This document shows positions 50,201 through 58,943 of a stretch of DNA of 64,000 bases, in pieces. The stretch comes from Scenedesmus sp. PABB004 (lineage: Eukaryota): contig JABVCE010000004.1 of the NCBI GenBank assembly GCA_014905635.1, forward strand, positions 1,674,001 through 1,738,000, in the 5' to 3' direction. Each line of letters opens with the position of its first letter. Positions within the stretch are counted from its first letter, which is position 1. The translations under genes and the position numbers were made by a program. The notes under the pieces are model-generated. The model saw only the letters and a program-made list of their open reading frames with translations, ran no database searches and was not told the origin of the DNA.

Positions 50201-53200
50201 GCGCTCCGCGCAGGCGCTGCTTCACCTCACGGCACCCAACCCCCACTGCGGAGCAGCGCTCAGAGCCGCGCCGGCGCAGGGCCTGGCCGCGCCCTGGGCG
50301 CTGCCGCGCCAGGCGGGCGGCCTGCCGCTCGGCGGCCGCGGCGGCGGAGGCGGGAGCGGCGCCCTCACCACGGGCGTGAGCTCGTTCGCGTTCCAAGGTG
50401 GGGGCGGCGCGTGCGAGAGCGCGAGCGGGGCGCGCCGGCCGAGGCTGCTGCGCTCGCGCCTGCGCTAGCACGCGCCCGCTTGCCGCCGAGGCGCCCCGCC
50501 GCCTGCCCGCCCTGCCGCCGCCATCTCAAGGAACCAACGCGCACCTGCTGCTGACTGCGAATGGCGGCGGCGCCGCGGGCGGCGCGGCCGGCGCGGCCGC
50601 CCCGGCCGCCGCGCTGCCGTGGCAGCGCGCGCGCACCTGGCCGCTGCCGCCCGCGCACCTGGCGCTCGCGCATGTCGCGAGCGCGGGCGCAGGGCGCGTG
50701 GTGCTGCAGGCGCAGCTGGGCGCGCCCGGCCTGGCGTTCCTGCGAGACAACGTCGTGCTGGGGCAGGCGCTGCTCCCCACGGCGGCGCTGCTGGAGCTGG
50801 GCGCTGCGGCGGCGGCCGCGCTGCTGCCGCCGGCGCCCGGCGCCGGCGCCGGCGCCGCCGGCGCGCTGCGCGCCTGCCTCGCGCAGGTCGTCATGGGCGC
50901 GCCGCTGCGCCTCGACGGCGGCGGCGGCGGCGCGACGCTGACTGTCGGCGTGACGCTGGCCAGCGGCGCGGTGGAGGTTCAGACGGCCGCCGGCGCCGGC
51001 GGCCGGCTGCGGACGCACATGGCAGCGCGCACCGGGGCGGCCGGCGGCGCCGACGCCGGCGGCCGGGTGGCGCTTCCGCGCGAGGCGCTGCCGCCGATCC
51101 CTGCACCGCTGCGGGCGCTGCTGGCCGGCCAGCACGCGGCACTGCTGCTCGCTGTGGCGGCGGCGCCCTGCGTGTCGGCCGCGGCGCTTGTGCCCGCCGC
51201 CGGTGTCGGCGAGGCCTTCGTGCTCCACCCAGCGCTGCTGGAGGCGGCGCTGCAGACAGAGGCACTCGCCGCACCGCAGGGCGGTGCGGCCCCGGGCGGC
51301 GTGCAGGTCCCCGCCACCATCGGCGCGGTGCTGCTCGGCGGCGGCGGCCGCGCGGCCGCCGCGCACGAGCTGCTGGTGTCCAGCCTGCCGCAGCGCGCGG
51401 CCGGCCGCCCCGCCACCGGCACGTGGCTCCACGGCGCCAGCGCCGGCGGGGCGGCGGGCGCGCTCCTCGACGCCGAGTTTCGACCGCTCCGCGGCGACGC
51501 CGGCGGCGCTGCCGCGGGCGCCGCCGCCGCCGTGCCGGCGGGCGAGGCCGACGCGGCCGCGGCCAGCCCGCTGCTGGAGCTGGGCGAGGCGGAGCGCCGT
51601 GTCTACCTGACGGCCCAGATCAGCGCAGAGGTGTGGCTGCGCTGTAATGGGGCTGCGCGCGCGCGCGCCGCGCGGTGCGCGCCGCCGCCTCACGGCCGCC
51701 GCCTCGCGGCCGCCGCCTCGCGCGCGCGCACCGCAGGTCCGCAACATGCTGGGGCACCACGTGCCGCCGGACGAGCCGCTCATGGCGGCGGGGCTAGACA
51801 GCCTCGGCGCGATGGAGCTGCGCAGCAGCCTGGCGGCGGCGCTCGGCGTCAGCCTGCCGGTGACGCTGCTGTACGACGCGCAGACGATCGGCCAGCTCGC
51901 CGCGTACATCAGCGAGGCCCTCGCCGCCAGCGCCGCCGCGCCGGCAGAGCCGGGCAGCGAGCCGGGCGACGGCGACGCGCGCGGCGGCGGCGCCGAGCCG
52001 GCGGCAGGTGCGCCGGCCGGCCGAGCGAGCTGCTCAAGCTGCTGCGCGGCGCGCCGCCGCCGCGGCCGCTCTTCCTGGCGGCGCCGGGCGTGGCCAACGC
52101 GCAGTCGGCCTACTTTGCGTTCAGCGCCTGGCTGTCCTGGAGCGACCAGCCGATCTATGTGCTGGAGAAGGACAACGACCTCAGCATCGCCGAGCTCGCG
52201 GCCGCCAACGTGCGCGACATCCTGCTGGTGCAGCCCGAGGGGCCGTACCTGATCGGCGGCCACAGCTACGGCGGCGCCGTCGCGGTCGAGATCGCGGGCC
52301 GCCTCGAGGCGGCGGGGCACACCGTGGGCCTTGTGCTGGTGCGCGCGCCGCGCGGGGGCGCGGGGGGGCGGCGGCGCGCGCACGCGACGCACGCACGCAC
52401 GCGTACACACACGCGCGCATGCACCTGTCTGCCCTGCCCGTCTGCCGTGTCCGCAGATCATGGACACGCCCAAGAAGGAGCAGATCCGGGCGCTGCAGCC
52501 CAGCGCAGAGGCGGCGACAGAGGAGGATTGCCTGGAGCTGCTCGAGATGATCCTCGGTGCGTGCCGCTCCATGGGGGCAGGCGCCGTCGCGGCTGACTGC
52601 CCGGCGCGGCCGGCGCGCTGCGGGACCACGGGGCCGCCCCGCGCGCTCACGCCGCGCCGACGCCGCGCCGCCGCCCGCCGCCAGGCGCGCTCGGGCGCGA
52701 CGCGGTGGGCCTGGGCGCGGGCATGGCGCACCCGCGCGAGAGCGAGGAGTGGCAAGGCATGACGCTGCGCGAGAAGTGAGAGCCTGGGCGGCTGCGCGGC
52801 CGCGGCGCGCTGTGTGCTGCTGCCCGGCTGCCGCCGCCGAGCGCCGCGTGGCCGCGGCCGCGGCGCGCAGGTACGAGTTCTTCGCGCCCATCTGGCGCGT
52901 GATGCGGGACGACAACATGACCGTGGACGAGGTGGCGCGCCAGGTCGAGGCCGTCGCGCTCGCGGTCAAGCAGGGCAGCGCCGTCAGCGACCTGCGCCAC
53001 CACACCTTCACCACGCGCCTGCGCGGCGCCGAGGCACGCGCGCGCGCGCCGCGGGCTGCGTGCCGCCGGCAGCCCACGCCCAGGCGGCGGTCGCTGACCG
53101 CTCCTCCCGCCCCCGCCGCCTGCTGCTGCTGGGCAGGTGGTGTATTTCAGGGCCTCCACCCCGGGCGCGTGCGACTACGTGAACGACGGCCGCGCGTGGC

Positions 53201-56200
53201 GGCACAGCCACGGCACCTGCTGGGCGACGCTCGCCGACGACCTTACCGTCGTGGACGTGCCGGGCGACCACTTCAGCCTGCTGCGCCAGGCGCGGCGGCC
53301 GCGGACGCGCGCGCGGCGCCGCAGCACGCACAGCACTCGCAGCGCGGCGCAGCGGCGCGGCGCAGCGGCGCGGCGCAGCGGCGCGGCGCAGCGGCGCGGC
53401 GCGGCCGACCGCGCCGCTGCGCCGCGCAGGACCCGGCCGACATGGAGCCGCTGCTCGCGATGCTGAAGGTGAAGCTCGGCGCGTGGGGCTGGGCGGAGGC
53501 CATCCGCCGCGACGGCCGGCCGGGGCAGTGGCACGGCGCCGGCGCGGCGGAGGCGGCGGCGGAGCTGGACGACTACCTGCAGCGCATGGGCGTGCGGTGC
53601 GACGCGCGCCGCGCGCGCGGAGCCGGGCGCCGATCGCCACGCCGCCGCGCCGCGCGGGCTCACACCGTGCGCGCCCGCGCAGGGACGGCGCCGTGCGCGC
53701 GCGCCTCGCCGCGGCGCTGCCGGTGGCCGACCTGGAGGAGGTGTCCGCGACCGCCGCGCACGCGCGCCCCGCGCAGCTCATCCGCGCGCTGCCGCGGCCG
53801 GCCGGCGCGCCGCCGCACGACGGCGCGCTGCCGCCGCTCGTGGTCGTGCCCGACGCCGAGGCGCCGCTGCCGCACCTCACGGCCGCGCTGGAGCGCCTGG
53901 CGCGGCCCGTGTTTGTGCTGGGCATGCCGCCGGCCAGGCAGATGGCGCAGCTGCGCAGCGTGCCAGCACTCGCGCGCCTCTTCTGCGCCGCCGTGCGCGC
54001 GCGCGCGCCGCGGGGGCCGCTGCTGCTCGCCGGCATCGGCGCCGGCGGCGTGGTGGCGCACGAGATGGCGGTGCAGCTGCAGCGCGACGGCGAGCAGGTG
54101 CGAGGGGACAGCGGCGCCCGAGGCTCACTCCGCGCGGCGCAGCTCCGAGCGCGCCGGCGCCCTGCCGCCGCCGCGCCCCAGCCACCCGCCCGCTGCCTCG
54201 CGCCGCGGCTCAGGTCCCGGTGCTGCTGCTGCTGGAGAACGCGCCCCTGCGCGAGGCGGCCGACCTCACGGCGGCGCCCTGGTTCACGCTGTATCACCTG
54301 CTGTCGGACGCGCGCCCCGACGTCGACATGCGCGCCTGGGCCGCGCGCGCCAAGGGCCTCGCCGCGGGGCCGGCCGGCGTGGAGCGCCAGCTCGACGCCG
54401 CGGCCGCGCTCTGCCCGCGCGGCATGGACGGCGGCGCGTGGGAGGTCGCGCTCGCAGACGCGCTGCGCGGCGCTGCGCGCGCGGGGTACCAGTGGGAGGA
54501 GCGGCTCAGCAGCTGGGTGGCGCTGTGGCAGCTCCTCGCCGCCGCGCCACGCGACCAGGCGGGCGCGGGGGGCGCGCCGTCGTCCCCAGACGGCGGCGCG
54601 CCGCCGCCGCCGCCCCCAGACGGCAGCGAGGCCGGCAGCGGGCCCAGCCCGCCCGGCAGCGACGCCGCCGGCGGTGAGGGCGGCGGCGGCGGCAGGGCTG
54701 GGGGCGTGCCTGGTCTGGACGAGTTCCTGCTGGAGATGTCGGCGCTCGAGGCTGACCCGGGCGCGCAGCTCGACGCCGCGGCGGCGCACCGCCCGCCGCA
54801 CATGAGCGCCGCCGACTGGGACGCCGAGGTCGGCAAGGTGAGACGCGAGACGCACGGCGCGTGCGCCGGGCGCGCGGGCGGCACGGCGCCGCTGACTGGC
54901 CGCTGCCGCCGCCGCCGCTGCCGTCACTCACGCCGCGCGCCCGGTGCTGCCCGGCGCCGCGCGCCAGCTCCTGGCCCAGGTGAGCTACCTGAAGGCCATC
55001 TGCGCCAGCTACGTGCCCGCCCACGTGCTGCGCCCCGGCGCGACGAGCGCCGTGCTGTGCCACGGCGCGGCGCACAAGTCGCTGCGCCACGTGCTCGACG
55101 GCTGGGCCGCCGGCGCGCTGCGCCCGGTCGCGCAGCTCGTGCAGCCGCTGCGCATGCTGACCTGGCGCGACACCCACCCGAGCGCGCGCGACCTCGACGC
55201 GGCGCTCGACGCGGCGGCGCGCGGCGCGTCGAGCGCGGCCGCAGCGCGCGCCGCGCTGCTGCGCGGCCTGCCCGCGCGCGCGCTGCCTCCGGGCGCCGAG
55301 GTCAGCGGCGGCGCCAGTGCCAGCGGCGGCGGCGTGAGCGTGACGGCGCTGAACCGCTTCTGCACGGACAGCGCCGTGCAGCCGCACGTCGAGGAGGCGG
55401 CCGCGCTGGCGGCGACCGCGGCGCTGCCGCCGGGCACCGACATGACGCGCGAGGACGTGGACGCCGCGCACACGGCCGCGCACGCGGCCGCGCTTGCGGC
55501 GGTGCAGCACGCGACGCTGCTGAGCACGCTGCCGCTGTGGCTGGTGCCCGGCGAGACGGGCGCCTGCAGCGCCGCGCTCGCGCACGCCGCGTCGCTGCTG
55601 CCGATGCCCGCGTACGGCCTGGCGCTGCCGGACGGCGACGACGCGCGGCGCCGGCTGCCGGACGCCGCCGGCGGCGACCCCGCGGCCTGGCTGCCGGGCC
55701 TGACCGCGGCGTGCGTGGCGCCGCTGCTGACGCTCCAGGCGAGCGGGCCGTTTGTGGTGGTCGGGTGCGGCGCGTTCAGCTGCATGCTGGCCGCCGCGAT
55801 GGCGCGCGAGCTGGAGCACGAGCTGCAGCGGGGCGTGGTGCTCGTGCTGCTCGACGGCCCGCCCGTGCCGCCGGCGGCGGTGGCGCTGCCCGACCCGGGT
55901 GCGTGTTCCGTGTTTGCGCGCGCGCGCGCGCGCGCCTGGCCCCGGCGCGCGCCGCCACCTGGCCCCCCCGCTCACGCGGTTACCACCCTGCGCACCCACA
56001 CACTCGCCCCGCAGGCATCTATGGTCTGTACCAGCTCGCGCGCGACAGCGGCACGCTGCCGGCTGTCACGGCCGACGGCTTGGTCGCCCAGCCGTTTGCC
56101 GCGTTTGCGGCGGAGCTGTCCGCGCAGCTGGCGGCGGCCATGGCGGCCGCGGGCGTCGCGGCGGAGCTCGTCCCCGCGCCCGCGGCGCAGGCGGGCGGGC

Positions 56201-56676
56201 CCGGCGGCGAGCTGCTGCTGCTGCCGGCGCCGGCCGAGCCGCGCGCGGCTGCCGCGCTTGAGGCGGCGCTGGAGGAGGTGGCGGCGGCGCGCTTCGGCGC
56301 GCTCCTCGCGGCCAGCGGCGGCGCGGGCGGCGCGCCGGCCGGCCCCGACGCGGCCGGCGGCGACGCGGGCGCGGCGACCGCGCGGCTCGCGGCCAACGTG
56401 CGGCGCATGCTGCGCGCGTGCCGCCTCGCGCGCGGGCTGTGGTCGCCCGCGCGGCACGCGCCAGAGTTTGCCTACTGCGGCCGCGCCGTGCTCGTGCTGA
56501 GCGACGACGCGGAGGGCCGGGCCTTCCTGCTCGCGGCGCGCGAGAGCTGCCAGGGCGAGCTGAGCCTCGTGCCGACGGCGCTCGCGCACGGCGAGGTGCT
56601 GACGGGCGACGACGAGCAGCAGGTCCTGCTCGTTGCACTGGTGGACGGGCTGATGGAGATGCTGGCGCTGCTGTGA
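1..56676 (+). CDS. Giant modular type I polyketide synthase, AT-less (trans-AT type), 5'-truncated; >=10 modules, then TE and two TE-like domains; ~68 introns
   Basis: Repeating KS motifs ([13 protein letters not shown], GHxEPAAG), DH (HxxxGxxxxP, DxxxQ), ER ([22 protein letters not shown]), KR (TGGxGx[11 protein letters not shown]) and ACP (GLDSL). Exons can be joined through GT/GC-AG introns up to TGA at 56674-56676, except at ~5 one-base frameshifts. No AT motif (GHSxG plus HAFH/YASH) was seen. Confidence 0.95.
3530..9545 (+). other. PKS module M2: KS-DH-ER-KR-ACP-ACP
   Basis: [10 protein letters not shown] (~4078), HGTGT (4508), GHAEPAAG (4741); [12 protein letters not shown] and LDALLQ; ER ~6860-7710; KR ~7755-8450; ACPs [12 protein letters not shown] (~8812) and [12 protein letters not shown] (~9306). 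Confidence 0.92.
6874..8230 (+). repeat. ER-KR cassette, copy in M2 (family A)
   Basis: Near-identical nucleotide sequence to the copies in M3, M4 and M5; offsets 6274, 5554 and 5800 nt between successive copies, taken from matching antisense ORFs. Confidence 0.92.
9600..15245 (+). other. PKS module M3: KS-DH-ER-KR-ACP
   Basis: DTACSSSL (~10345), HGTGT (10771), [22 protein letters not shown] and [12 protein letters not shown] and KR in exon 11514-15011; [17 protein letters not shown]. Confidence 0.92.
13058..14670 (+). repeat. ER-KR cassette, copy in M3 (family A)
   Basis: Near-identical to 18604-20220 and 24404-26020. Confidence 0.92.
15340..20825 (+). other. PKS module M4: KS-DH-ER-KR-ACP
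   Basis: DTACSSSL (~15956), HGTGT (16382), [22 protein letters not shown] and [12 protein letters not shown] and KR in exon 17356-20466; ACP GLDSL at ~20598. Confidence 0.92.
18598..20294 (+). repeat. ER-KR cassette, copy in M4 (family A)
   Basis: Near-identical to 24398-26094 over ~1.7 kb. Confidence 0.92.
20960..26535 (+). other. PKS module M5: KS-DH-ER-KR-ACP
   Basis: DTACSSSL (~21685), HGTGT (22111); [14 protein letters not shown] and [12 protein letters not shown] and KR in exon 23141-26359; ACP GLDSL at ~26315. Confidence 0.92.
24398..26094 (+). repeat. ER-KR cassette, copy in M5 (family A)
   Basis: Few substitutions versus M4 (e.g. KRDSW vs KRDIW, WLARQG vs WLAGQG). Confidence 0.92.
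26660..31400 (+). other. PKS module M6: KS-DH0 (inactive)-KR-ACP, no ER
   Basis: KS triad intact (DTACSSSL ~27348, HGTGT ~27774, GHS|E). The DH site reads [14 protein letters not shown] (no His) and PVLAAALQ (no Asp). No ER motifs. [33 protein letters not shown] at 31141. Confidence 0.9.
31495..37205 (+). other. PKS module M7: KS-DH-ER-KR-ACP
   Basis: DTACSASL (~31967), HGTGT (32384), [22 protein letters not shown] and FDAWLQ; ER ~34795-35620; [19 protein letters not shown] at ~36960. Confidence 0.9.
37320..42935 (+). other. PKS module M8: KS-DH-ER-KR-ACP
   Basis: DTACSSSL (~38025), HGTGT (38567), GHTEPAAG (38823); [14 protein letters not shown] and [12 protein letters not shown] ~40770-41610; [19 protein letters not shown] at ~42709. 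Confidence 0.9.
40154..42547 (+). repeat. ~2.4 kb linker-ER-KR direct repeat, copy 1 (M8; family B)
   Basis: Almost identical to 45846-48239 (offset 5692), including intron 41973-42084. Confidence 0.93.
43060..48617 (+). other. PKS module M9: divergent KS-DH-ER-KR-ACP
   Basis: NTACSSSL (~43733), HGTGT (44141), GHLEGAAG (~44406), [11 protein letters not shown] (~44710); [14 protein letters not shown] and [14 protein letters not shown] near-identical to M8; ACP GLDSL at ~48380. Confidence 0.9.
45846..48239 (+). repeat. ~2.4 kb linker-ER-KR direct repeat, copy 2 (M9; family B)
   Basis: Only a handful of visible substitutions versus copy 1 (e.g. ELDPAV vs ELDLAV, FARVA vs FAHVA). Confidence 0.93.
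48840..51930 (+). other. PKS module M10: KS-DH0-ACP (no KR, no ER)
   Basis: DTACSSSL (~49479), HGTGT (~49896), GHAEAAAG (~50139); DH-like [13 protein letters not shown] (His to Asn) and [10 protein letters not shown] (Asp to Glu); [14 protein letters not shown] at ~51791 follows with no Rossmann motif between. Confidence 0.88.
52021..53490 (+). other. Thioesterase domain with intact Ser-Asp-His motifs
   Basis: [23 protein letters not shown] (GHSYGG at 52258-52275); [19 protein letters not shown] (~53250-53283). Confidence 0.9.
53347..53400 (+). repeat. Intronic tandem repeat, 13-nt unit gcgcagcggcgcg, ~4 copies
   Basis: Seen directly, inside intron 53290-53429. Confidence 0.7.
53790..55230 (+). 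other. Second thioesterase-like alpha/beta-hydrolase domain lacking the nucleophilic Ser
   Basis: [48 protein letters not shown] align by eye with TE1 [48 protein letters not shown]. Confidence 0.75.
55520..56676 (+). other. Third thioesterase-like domain lacking the GxSxG Ser; C-terminus of the PKS
   Basis: [49 protein letters not shown], and terminal [12 protein letters not shown]. Confidence 0.7.
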
Positions 56677-56930
56677 AGAGAGCTGGGCGGAGAGGGGTCC
56701 GGGCGCGACCGGGGGGGTTGGCGGCCGCACGGGCGGCACGGGCGGCACGGGCCGCGTGCGATCAGGCCAGCGCAGCGGGGGCGCGCGTTGTCGGCGTTGC
56801 CGTTGCCAACCCAGGTTGGAGCGCGTGACCGCGCCGGCGCGGGGGCGTGACCGGGCTGGCGCGTGAACAAGAGAGTTGCACGGCCGCTGCGCCGCGCGCC
56901 GCCTCAGCCCCCGCACCGCCCCGCGCACCC

Positions 56931-58106
56931 TCACGCCCCTGCGGCGCTGCGCGGCGGGCGCGTGAGGGAGATGATCCGATAGCCCTCCCGATAGTCGGCG
57001 TGCAGCTCGTCCACGGGCACCGCGGAGACCTCAAACCCCGCGCGCGCCGCCTTGGCCTCGAAGCTGTGCTCGCCGTACCGCCTCACGCGGTAGCAGATCC
57101 ACACCGGCGGCGGCGGCGCCGCTCCCGCCCCGCCGCCGCCGTCGGCGGCGGGGCAGAGCTGCGCAAGGCTGGCCAGCAGCTCGTCGTAGTGCTGCGGCTC
57201 GTACAGCACGTCGGCGGCGACGATCGCGTCCCACCGCGGCTGCTCCGGCTGCTCCGGCTGCCCCGGCGGCTGCTGCTCCAGCTCCGGCTGCTCCGGCTGC
57301 TCCGGCTGCTCCGGCTGCTCCGGCTGCTCCGGCTGCTCCGGCTGCTCCGGCTGCTCCGGCTGCTCCGGCTGCGGCTGCCGGCCGATGGCGCCGGCGGGCG
57401 TGCCCCACATGTAGGGCGTCACGCGCGGGCGCACCGCGCAGCGCGCCGCGTTGAGGCCGACGTTGACCTCCGTGAGCGGCGTGATGTGGGCCAGGTCAGT
57501 CAGCACCACGTCCGCGCCCGCCAGCGCCAGCACGATGCCCAGCTGCCCCGTGCCGCACCCGAGCTCCAGCACGCGCGGCGGCGCGCCGCCCGGCGGCGCG
57601 GACCACGGGCCCAGCGGCTTGGCGCGCAGCAGGTACTCACCTGCGCCGGGGGGGGGGGGGGGGAGCGTCGGGCGCAGCCGCCGCCGCGCCGTGCCGCCGC
57701 CGCCGCTGCGCGCTGCGCCGCGCCGCTGGCGGCGGCCGCCGCGCCGCACCCAGCACGAAGCCGCTCTGCCAGACCACGAGGCCGACGTTTGGAAACGCGG
57801 AGTCGTAGCCGCCGTCTGCGGGGCCGCCGTAGGCCTCCTCTGGGTGTGCCATCGCGTACTCCTGCAGCTCCTCCTTGGCCTCATCGTACACGCGGCCCTC
57901 CTCGGGGCGCTGCTTCAGCTGCGCGCGCCGCCAAGAGAGCGGCGGGGGTCGGCGCCGGGGGGGGGGGGGCGTGGTCGGCGGCGCTGCGCGCGGCGCGCGC
58001 TGCGCGGGCCGACGAGGCGGCGCACCTGCAACACCACGTCTCCGACCTGGAACAGCGCGCTGACGGACGTCTCGTCGTCATCGTCAAAGAGCATGGATAG
58101 CAGCAT
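56931..58106 (-). CDS. SAM-dependent methyltransferase, Methyltransf_16/METTL21-like protein lysine methyltransferase; 3 exons (58106-58026, 57918-57750, 57640-56931)
   Basis: VGLVVWQSGFVL, VLELGCGTG (motif I), VVLTD (post-I), WDAIVAADVLY (DxxY); GT-AG introns in consistent phase. Confidence 0.88.
57241..57372 (-). repeat. Coding 9-nt tandem repeat encoding (QPE)n, ~10 consecutive units plus 2
   Basis: tgctccggc repeated on the + strand; translates as QPEQPEQPE between the YMWG motif and motif II of the methyltransferase. Confidence 0.95.
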
Positions 58107-58943
58107 GGCGACGGCACCAGCGGCGGCAGCAGCGCCGGCCGCGACGGCGCCGGCCCCGCGGCCGAGACAGGCGCAGCGGCGGGCGCGGTGCCCCTAATGC
58201 GATGCACCTGACGTTCAGACCGGGCGGAGACCAAGCGCGGAGCCCGGCGTGGCGACCGGCGGCGGCGGCGGCTGGCGGCTGGCGCAGCAGCGGCGCGCGG
58301 CGGCTGGCGTCGCGGCGGGGGTGCGGCGGCGTCGCGGCGGGCGTCGCGGTGTGCGGGTGGCACTGCTGTAAAGCGCGAGGCCCGAGCGGCGGCGGCTGCG
58401 GTTCACGGCGTCGCAGACCGCGGCGCAGCGCGCAGCGTCGCTCGCGAGCGAGGCCCGGCGCTGCGTTACCCGACACCGCCAGCCAGCCAGCCTGAGCACG
58501 CACGCACCCCCTGCACTCTCCAGTGATACACGACGCGGCGCTTTGGCAGCGCCCCCCCTGATCTGATCGCCCCCTCGGCCCTGAGCCCCCGCTCCCCGCT
58601 CGCTTTTATGGCTCGCTCCAGCAGCGTTCAGCCGCCCTGCCGACACACCAGCACACATAGACGCACGGCCGCCCGAATCACAGGGCGAGCCGCGTCGTCT
58701 CGCCGCCGTGTCTCAGCCCACAGGGGCCGCGCGCTCGACCGATTGTCGCGTTCCGCTGACCGTTTATTTGACCCGCTCACCGCTGCATCGCTGCAACCTG
58801 GGCTGAAGATATGCAGCCCCGCGCGCGCACGCACGCTCTTCCGCGCCGCCGCCCCCGCGGCGCTGCCCGCGCCCCGCCCGCCGCGCGGCCGGCCCCGCCG
58901 CCGGCCCCGGTGCCGGCGCCGGCGCGGGCGCACGGGGCGGCGC

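Noticed and set aside
1..52000. Embedded AT, C-methyltransferase, NRPS or beta-branching domains
   Set aside because: No AT GHSxG/HAFH, no MT LExGxGxG, no C-domain HHxxxDG or A-domain motifs seen; post-DH regions look like KR structural subdomains. An HMM scan should confirm this.
1..56676. Bacterial (actinomycete or myxobacterial) PKS cluster or contamination
   Set aside because: Dozens of phase-consistent spliceosomal introns and flanking eukaryotic genes (WNK, METTL21-like) with the same intron style.
1..56676. Calling the PKS a pseudogene
   Set aside because: No in-frame nonsense codons found in the traced exons, catalytic motifs are intact, and all lesions are single-base losses in or near G/C runs, typical of sequencing error. 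Not formally excluded.
56931..58106. Methyltransferase as a polyketide tailoring enzyme
   Set aside because: Motifs match the Methyltransf_16 protein lysine methyltransferases, not small-molecule O- or C-methyltransferases.
58367..58371. TGTAA, the chlorophyte polyadenylation signal
   Set aside because: It is on the + strand between two minus-strand genes and beyond the convergent gene, so it cannot be assigned to any 3' end here.
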